A DNA stretch of 64,000 bases from Trueperaceae bacterium (GTDB taxonomy: Bacteria; Deinococcota; Deinococci; Deinococcales; Trueperaceae): positions 2,976,001 through 3,040,000 of the forward strand of contig CBDCDZ010000004.1 of the NCBI GenBank assembly GCA_965215565.1. The letters are read 5' to 3'. The notes beneath the pieces are model-generated. The model saw only the letters and a list, made by a program, of their open reading frames with translations. It was not told where the DNA came from and did not search any database. Numbering within the stretch: position 1 is the first letter of the stretch; each line of letters starts with the position of its first letter. Position numbers and translations under genes: made by a program. Positions 58,786 to 64,000 of this stretch are shown in pieces.

Positions 58786-59675
58786 TGAATAGGAAGAGCC
58801 GGAGAGGAGCTTATCTTTAGAGGATCGACTCACCGCCGGGAGTGCGTTTCGGCTGGGGCGCAGGGTCACTCACCTTCTACGTCTTGAAGATGTTATACGG
58901 ATTCTAGTTAATTACTGCATAAACTCCGACACTGCGTGCTTCGCTATCGGCGGAGTTGGTTCCGCAATCACCGGAACCCGTAGTTTTTTCAACTCGCTGA
59001 AGAGTCCTCAACTGCCAGCGGGAGCGAACTAGCCCCAAAGGCTAGCGATAGTACGGGCAAAGCCCGCCCCGTTGGGGCTAGTACGGAGCGGTCCACGCGA
59101 CGCGGGCTTTGCCCGTTCTAGGGTCCACGTGACTGCGTATCACGCCGTTATAAAAGCTCGTTGCTTCCATCTGAAGATGCAACGGCAGGGCGACCTGCCC
59201 GTAACGCTACCTCCAGTTGAGGACTCCTTGCTCGAGTTGATTCTTTTAGGAAGTGACTGGAAACGGTATCAATCATAAGCGCCAACCCACACCTCAGCAA
59301 AGGCGATCGGCTCATAGCTACAAAAGAGATTGCGACCCAAACTCAGTTATTTAGTTGCGCCCGCTAGTCCTAGGAGAAATGCAAAGCGCGGCTAATATAT
59401 CTTTGGTGAAGGTGTCCGAATAACAGCGTAGATGCTCAACGGTGCTGCAGCGCTATCTGCGAGGTCGGTCCACCTTACGCGACTTCACAAAGCCCCCTTA
59501 GCAAGGGACCAAGTCGCGCGCCAGTTCAACTTGTTGTACCGACCCACCTCGCAGTGTTCACGTCCCACTGCGCATTTTGATGCGGCGCGTTATAGAGATG
59601 AGGGTTTGTGCACAGAGCTATACTCGAGTCCGTGAATCTTCCCCTTTTGAGCCCTCAGTGAAGGAGCGAAATCGC

Positions 59676-60902
59676 ATGTATTTCTCATACCGTAGGTTTA
59701 TCCCTCTTTTAATATCTTTAGCGGCCTGTAGCGCGCCAGCTCCAACTGCCATCGACCCTGTCTCCGAGAGTAAGAGACCGCCGGCTGCAGCGTACTACGA
59801 GATTACGCAAGGAGCGCGCGGCGCAGTTACGCTCGACCTACCCGCGCCGACAGGAAAGGCTCGGGGCGCACACGGCAACCGCTTCGGCTGCGCAGTGTCG
59901 CATTTCTCCTACGATGACCCGATTATCTTCCCGGGCCAGCCAGGCAAGGCTCACTTACATCAGTTCACGGGCAACACGACGGCAGATGCGTTTTCAACGG
60001 CTGAAAGCCTGGACTCAGCGACGCGGTCCTCATGCCAAAGCGGGATCAACAACCGCTCCTCCTACTGGTCCCCTGCTTTCTTCAACGAAGAGGGTGAAGC
60101 CGTGCTACCAGAACTCAACGTTTTCTACTACAAAACGTTCTTACACGGAAAGACACCCAAGATCATCCAACCCGGTTTGATTCGCCCTATTCCCAATGGT
60201 TTTCGGATGCTAGCGCGCACCGACACAAAAAACGCTACGCCTAACGCCTTTTCCGTCTTCGAAAAAAAGGACTGGTCGGCTGAAGGGAAGAGCGTCACCG
60301 GCGCTAAGATTTCTTTTCCGCCATGTATTGCGCTCGGTGAGCAGGGCGAGCCTGTGCTGGACTACCGTGATATGCCCGCCGCGCTCGGCGAGCAGGTCAA
60401 CAGTCACGTCGCGTACCCTGACGGTTCAGCGCCAGACGCGCAAGCGAATGGCTGTCCAGCGAGCCATCCCTACCGCATTCCGACGCTTGTGCTGCTAATG
60501 TACTACGACATCCCCTTTGATAGCGGGTGGTACTTAGCCTCAGATGACAAGGCCCGCGTACAGTTGCCCAAATCCGACCCGAACCATCTGCCCAGCGGAC
60601 ATTCCCTCCACGCAGATTACTTCGCGATGTGGGACGAGACAACGATGGACCGCATCGTGGAGTGCAACCGCATCGGCGAAAGCTGCCGTTTTGAGGGCTA
60701 TCCTGAAGAGATGCTCTATAACAGTGAAGGGGTCAAAGTTTATAGTCATCCGAATACGCTCCTACCCGAGACTGACCGCACGCCTTTCGGTGACACGCTG
60801 CCGCAGACTCGCGGTGGGATGCACATGACAGACCACAGTGGCGCGCAACATGGGGTGAGTCATGACAAGATGGGGCACGCCAGGAGCAGCCCCGGTGAAT
60901 AG
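59676..60902 (+). CDS. DUF1996-family lipoprotein
   Basis: Lipobox LAAC; DDPIIFPG..HLHQFTGN, NRSSYWSP, CPASHP, LHADYF; AAGGAG upstream. Confidence 0.85.
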   Translation: MYFSYRRFIPLLISLAACSAPAPTAIDPVSESKRPPAAAYYEITQGARGAVTLDLPAPTGKARGAHGNRFGCAVSHFSYDDPIIFPGQPGKAHLHQFTGNTTADAFSTAESLDSATRSSCQSGINNRSSYWSPAFFNEEGEAVLPELNVFYYKTFLHGKTPKIIQPGLIRPIPNGFRMLARTDTKNATPNAFSVFEKKDWSAEGKSVTGAKISFPPCIALGEQGEPVLDYRDMPAALGEQVNSHVAYPDGSAPDAQANGCPASHPYRIPTLVLLMYYDIPFDSGWYLASDDKARVQLPKSDPNHLPSGHSLHADYFAMWDETTMDRIVECNRIGESCRFEGYPEEMLYNSEGVKVYSHPNTLLPETDRTPFGDTLPQTRGGMHMTDHSGAQHGVSHDKMGHARSSPGE

Positions 60903-61144
60903 ACCCAAGTAAAGGTCTGGGAAAGAACCTCAGGTGGAAGGGGCAGCGCCCGGCACAGTGTGTGCCGCTGCCGCCCAAGTTTTCTCGCTGTTTGTCGCAA
61001 GCAGCGGAGAATTATACCAAAGTAACTTAAGGGTGTCACAGTGTGATACCCTTAAACGCTCTGTGAGCGTAACTTCGAACGCCCACACATTATGACACCC
61101 CCTTTTCAGTCCGGTATTAGACCCTAAGAGATTGAACCGAAGTG

Positions 61145-61381
61145 TCAATTCCTCGTAGGAAAGCTAAAGACCGACGCCGCACCACGTGATACTACGGCTC
61201 CCGGATGCTCCGGCACGCTGTAGCCCGCTTTATCTTGCGCCCTTGAGCCTTTTAATTCGGTTTTAATTTGACGTGGAATGAACAGATTGTAAAGCGGCGC
61301 AAGTTCATCCATATAACCTAAAAAGTCGATACAGATGCACACCGATGTATCAAGAATCAGCTCTTTTTGCGTCTCTGGCAT
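61145..61381 (-). pseudogene. Truncated PIN-domain toxin (DUF3368-like)
   Basis: LILDTS...LFIPRQIKTEL, then similarity is lost. Confidence 0.55.
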
Positions 61382-61385
61382 GAGA

Positions 61386-61613
61386 TTAACTACACGCAAG
61401 CTGCTCCTCCGATAGATTCAAGTAAGGCACGCCGCGCTCCCCCGACCACTGCACTGTTTCGAGGCGCAACAGTCCCAGTATTTCTTGCACGTCGCTCGTC
61501 CACAACTTGCCGGACTTAGCTAATTTGACAACGTAAGGCTCGAGCAGCTCCTGCTCAGGGTCGTCGCCTAGATGCTCTGCAATTCTATCAGGAATAGTGA
61601 TCTGTAAGCTCAT
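61386..61613 (-). CDS. UPF0175-like antitoxin, possibly decaying
   Basis: MSLQITIPD...ERGVPYLNLSEEQL; GGAGG ribosome-binding site; upstream of the PIN fragment. Confidence 0.6.
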   Translation of the reverse strand: MSLQITIPDRIAEHLGDDPEQELLEPYVVKLAKSGKLWTSDVQEILGLLRLETVQWSGERGVPYLNLSEEQLACS

Positions 61614-61853
61614 TGTTTCCTCCAAAACTGCCACCACCGTCCGGGTGAGCGGGCGGGGGTTAGCGCTTCAATTTGTTCGTGTAGCACGTCGTTTTTCTCT
61701 TCCATTTGGGTGAGAGCGCCCACCTGAGCGAGCACCTGGGCGCTCACGCGCTCGGCACCTCGGGTGACGGCGTTAAGCGCCACCTCTAAAGACGCTGCGC
61801 CCTGCTCTCTGAGAAGCTTCGCGGTCTCGAGGCGCTCGAGCACTTCTTTAGTG

Positions 61854-62777
61854 GGTAGTGGTTCAATCTCGAATGCTTTCCAGATTGTAACGGACGAGGA
61901 AACGGTGTAAGCAGGTGAGGTGCATGTGCTCAGGCTTGGAGAAAGCTAACGTCTTGCGCACGAAGCAAGCAAGACGTTGCCTGAGTGTGTTGTTGAAGTG
62001 CTCAACGTGGGAAGTGAGACCTGTAGCTTTACTGACAGCTTGGTGGTGTCCGTCTGGTACTACAGCTCTGATAGGCTTTTCCTACGGAAAACTGCGTAAC
62101 CCAGAAGCGCTATAGCAGAGCCCTTGCTTGTAGTGTTCAGGAATTCCTTACAGAGCTGTTTACAGGTGGCTGCGCTGCGCCCACCTATGACGCAAGCAAC
62201 CACTTGGCGAGTCTGCTTGCATAAAGCGATCCATAGATTAAGCGCATAGCGCGTTGCATCTGCGATGCTCACCTATACCCAGCGTTTCTTCGTTTTCTTC
62301 TGCACAAACGAGTGCAACTCATCAAGCTCTAGCTCCACGCGCTGAGGAACATCGAACCGGACGAGGGTGTCTTTCAGTGCGGGGGCTAGGTTAGAGCAAA
62401 GCTCAAAGGCTCTTAGCCTTCACCTGTGTTTTCTTTGTTTTTTTGAGCTAGCGACTCACCGTGCTACGCGCCACCCCGAAGGTGCGCTCCAATCCTCTGA
62501 GGCTTGAACGCTCCTCATAGGCGCTTAAAGTCTCCTCTTTACGCGGCTCAGTATACCCATTCAGACTCGGCTCCTCGTCGTTCATCCCCGCTGACTCTGC
62601 TTCTCGTAATCTTTACAGCGTTCTGCTTGCCATTCGGCGCTACGTCGTTCTTGTTGCGCAGCCCTCCGCAGGAGACGATGCTCTCGCTGCTACAGTGGTA
62701 AGAAGTGTGGACTTGAGTAGGGCCTAACGGACAAACAAGGTAGAGATAGCAGGTATCATCTGGTTTGAAACACTCTC
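61854..62777 (-). mobile_element. Degenerate IS1-family element
   Basis: Frameshifted fragments SLRGLERTFGVARSTV, ELDELHSFV, HVEHFNNTLRQRL..RKTLAFSK; imperfect IRs GGTAGTGGTTCAA / TTGAAACACTCTC. Confidence 0.75.
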
Positions 62778-62899
62778 ACTTCTGAGAACATCATGCAGCA
62801 CGCACATTTTGAAATGAGGTTCCGTTACAGAAGCTGTGAAATCTTTGGCGTTGCCAAAACTTCCGTCTGCTTGCAGCAGCTTTCTGAAAGCGGCACTTT

Positions 62900-63077
62900 G
62901 TCTCAGTATCTTGTGGAACTGCTAGGAGTAACGAGTTCTGAAGGGAGTTGCTCGTATAATGAGGTCACGCTAAATGTCTGGCTGAAGCGCTACGAAGAGG
63001 GTGGCGTTGAAGGGCTCAAGCTGCTTTCAGGGCGAGGGCGTAAGCCGATACTTGAGGAAGAGAGAAAGTGCGAGTAG
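62900..63077 (+). pseudogene. IS630-like transposase HTH remnant
   Basis: TLNVWLKRYEEGGVEGL..GRGRKPIL. Confidence 0.6.
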
Positions 63078-63267
63078 TCATACGAGGTTGCACGGCTTAG
63101 TTTGCAAACTTAAGCCGTGCCTGTCACGGATGGGACGTAAACTCGGCCTAGACCTGCTAGCCAAAACTGAGTCGTTGAAAAGCTCTATGCACGAAGTAAA
63201 GTCGCTCTGCTCCCGCTGGGCGAAGCAACGCACTCAGTTAGGTTAAATAAACTGTGCAATTTCGTAC

Positions 63268-63306
63268 AATCAATCGGAAACCGTACTATACGGTTTCCGA
63301 TTGATT
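63268..63306. terminator. Perfect 18-bp hairpin, probable terminator
   Basis: AATCAATCGGAAACCGTA-CTA-TACGGTTTCCGATTGATT, downstream of the MHYT gene. Confidence 0.65.
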
Positions 63307-63434
63307 CTCTGTCGTAGGAATTGCGCTGCTCCGCCTAGCGGTAGCGCACCACATGATGATAACTTCGTACACCCTTTCTATTCGCATCCGCTCAGGTTCA
63401 TTCGCTTATGCGAGCGACTTAACCTGAAACCGCC

Positions 63435-64000
63435 TTAGAAGGTCTCCTCGGCGAATTCGAATTCGTCCTCGAGGGTCAGCCCGCGCCCTGCCATCGTAGT
63501 GACGAGCGCTACGCCGACGATGACGAAGGTTACCGCGCTGACGATGACCGCGAGCAGCATGGGGTCCATACCTTGCGCCGCCATCATCATGTTGCCCGTG
63601 GGCGTATACTGCGCGGCAAACATCCCCGTGTAGTGCATTCCGCAGACCGCAACGCCCATCACGAGCGCGGCGGCCCCTTTGGCGAGGTCAACCGTTCCGC
63701 GTCCGAAGCGCGCCTCGGTCTCCTCCAAGTTGAGGTAGTAAAAGAGCATCATCGCGGCGATAGAAGCAACTACAGCGATCACGATAGAGACGGCGAAGAG
63801 CGTCATGTCGTAAGAAATGTCGGCGGGCATACGCATGGCGGCCATACCCGTGTAGTGCATCGCCGCGACGCCCGCGCCCATGATGACGCCCGCACCTAAA
63901 AGGCGAACGACGCCCAAGCTTTCACCGCTGATCGTGTAAAACGCGATGCCCGAGGCGATGAACGCGGCAACGACAGAGAGCGCTGTAAGCGTGAGGTCAT
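63435..64000 (-). CDS. MHYT-domain membrane sensor with no output domain, 5' end outside the window
   Basis: Two MHYTGM motifs; the frame continues to the window edge. Confidence 0.88.
   Translation of the reverse strand, partial: DLTLTALSVVAAFIASGIAFYTISGESLGVVRLLGAGVIMGAGVAAMHYTGMAAMRMPADISYDMTLFAVSIVIAVVASIAAMMLFYYLNLEETEARFGRGTVDLAKGAAALVMGVAVCGMHYTGMFAAQYTPTGNMMMAAQGMDPMLLAVIVSAVTFVIVGVALVTTMAGRGLTLEDEFEFAEETF

Noticed and set aside
59000..59120. c-di-GMP-I or c-di-AMP riboswitch
   Set aside because: Only fragments such as GCAAAGCC and CGCTGAA match; the conserved order and spacing are missing

Overview
A window from a GC-rich bacterium, very likely Deinococcota (Trueperaceae-like). 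This is inferred from a DUF3208-like gene and from many genes whose start codon sits 6-7 nt after a TANNNT -10 box. The main feature is a 46.3-kb Tn7-like transposon (2269-48607). It has matching TG...CA ends and a perfect 5-bp GGCGG target duplication, and it interrupts comM/yifB inside the conserved [12 protein letters not shown] motif. tnsA-tnsB-tnsC-tniQ lie at one end and a separately promoted tnsE homologue at the other; no Cas genes, CRISPR array or TnsF-like gene is visible. The cargo has two blocks. (1) A defence/anti-DNA block: Fic, XRE regulators, a HEPN-motif protein, DUF3006 plus a ComEC-type surface nuclease, a UvrD-nuclease plus type III-like Mod/Res operon, a PD-(D/E)XK protein and a RosmerTA-like pair. 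(2) An envelope/competition block: lipoproteins, a LuxR-type regulator, a 3129-aa signal-peptide-bearing YD/Rhs-HINT-EndoU toxin with immunity and orphan cassettes (an IS3 lies between them), then a small YD protein, an Ig-like lipoprotein, a subtilase lipoprotein, a lone secretin and a small lipoprotein. This second block is the best candidate for an undescribed toxin export system. The chromosomal flanks carry degV, a caa3-type oxidase operon with a subunit IV-diheme cytochrome c fusion, a HAD hydrolase, ribokinase, DUF1996, decayed TA/IS remnants and an MHYT gene. All family assignments come from motif recognition by eye, not database searches.
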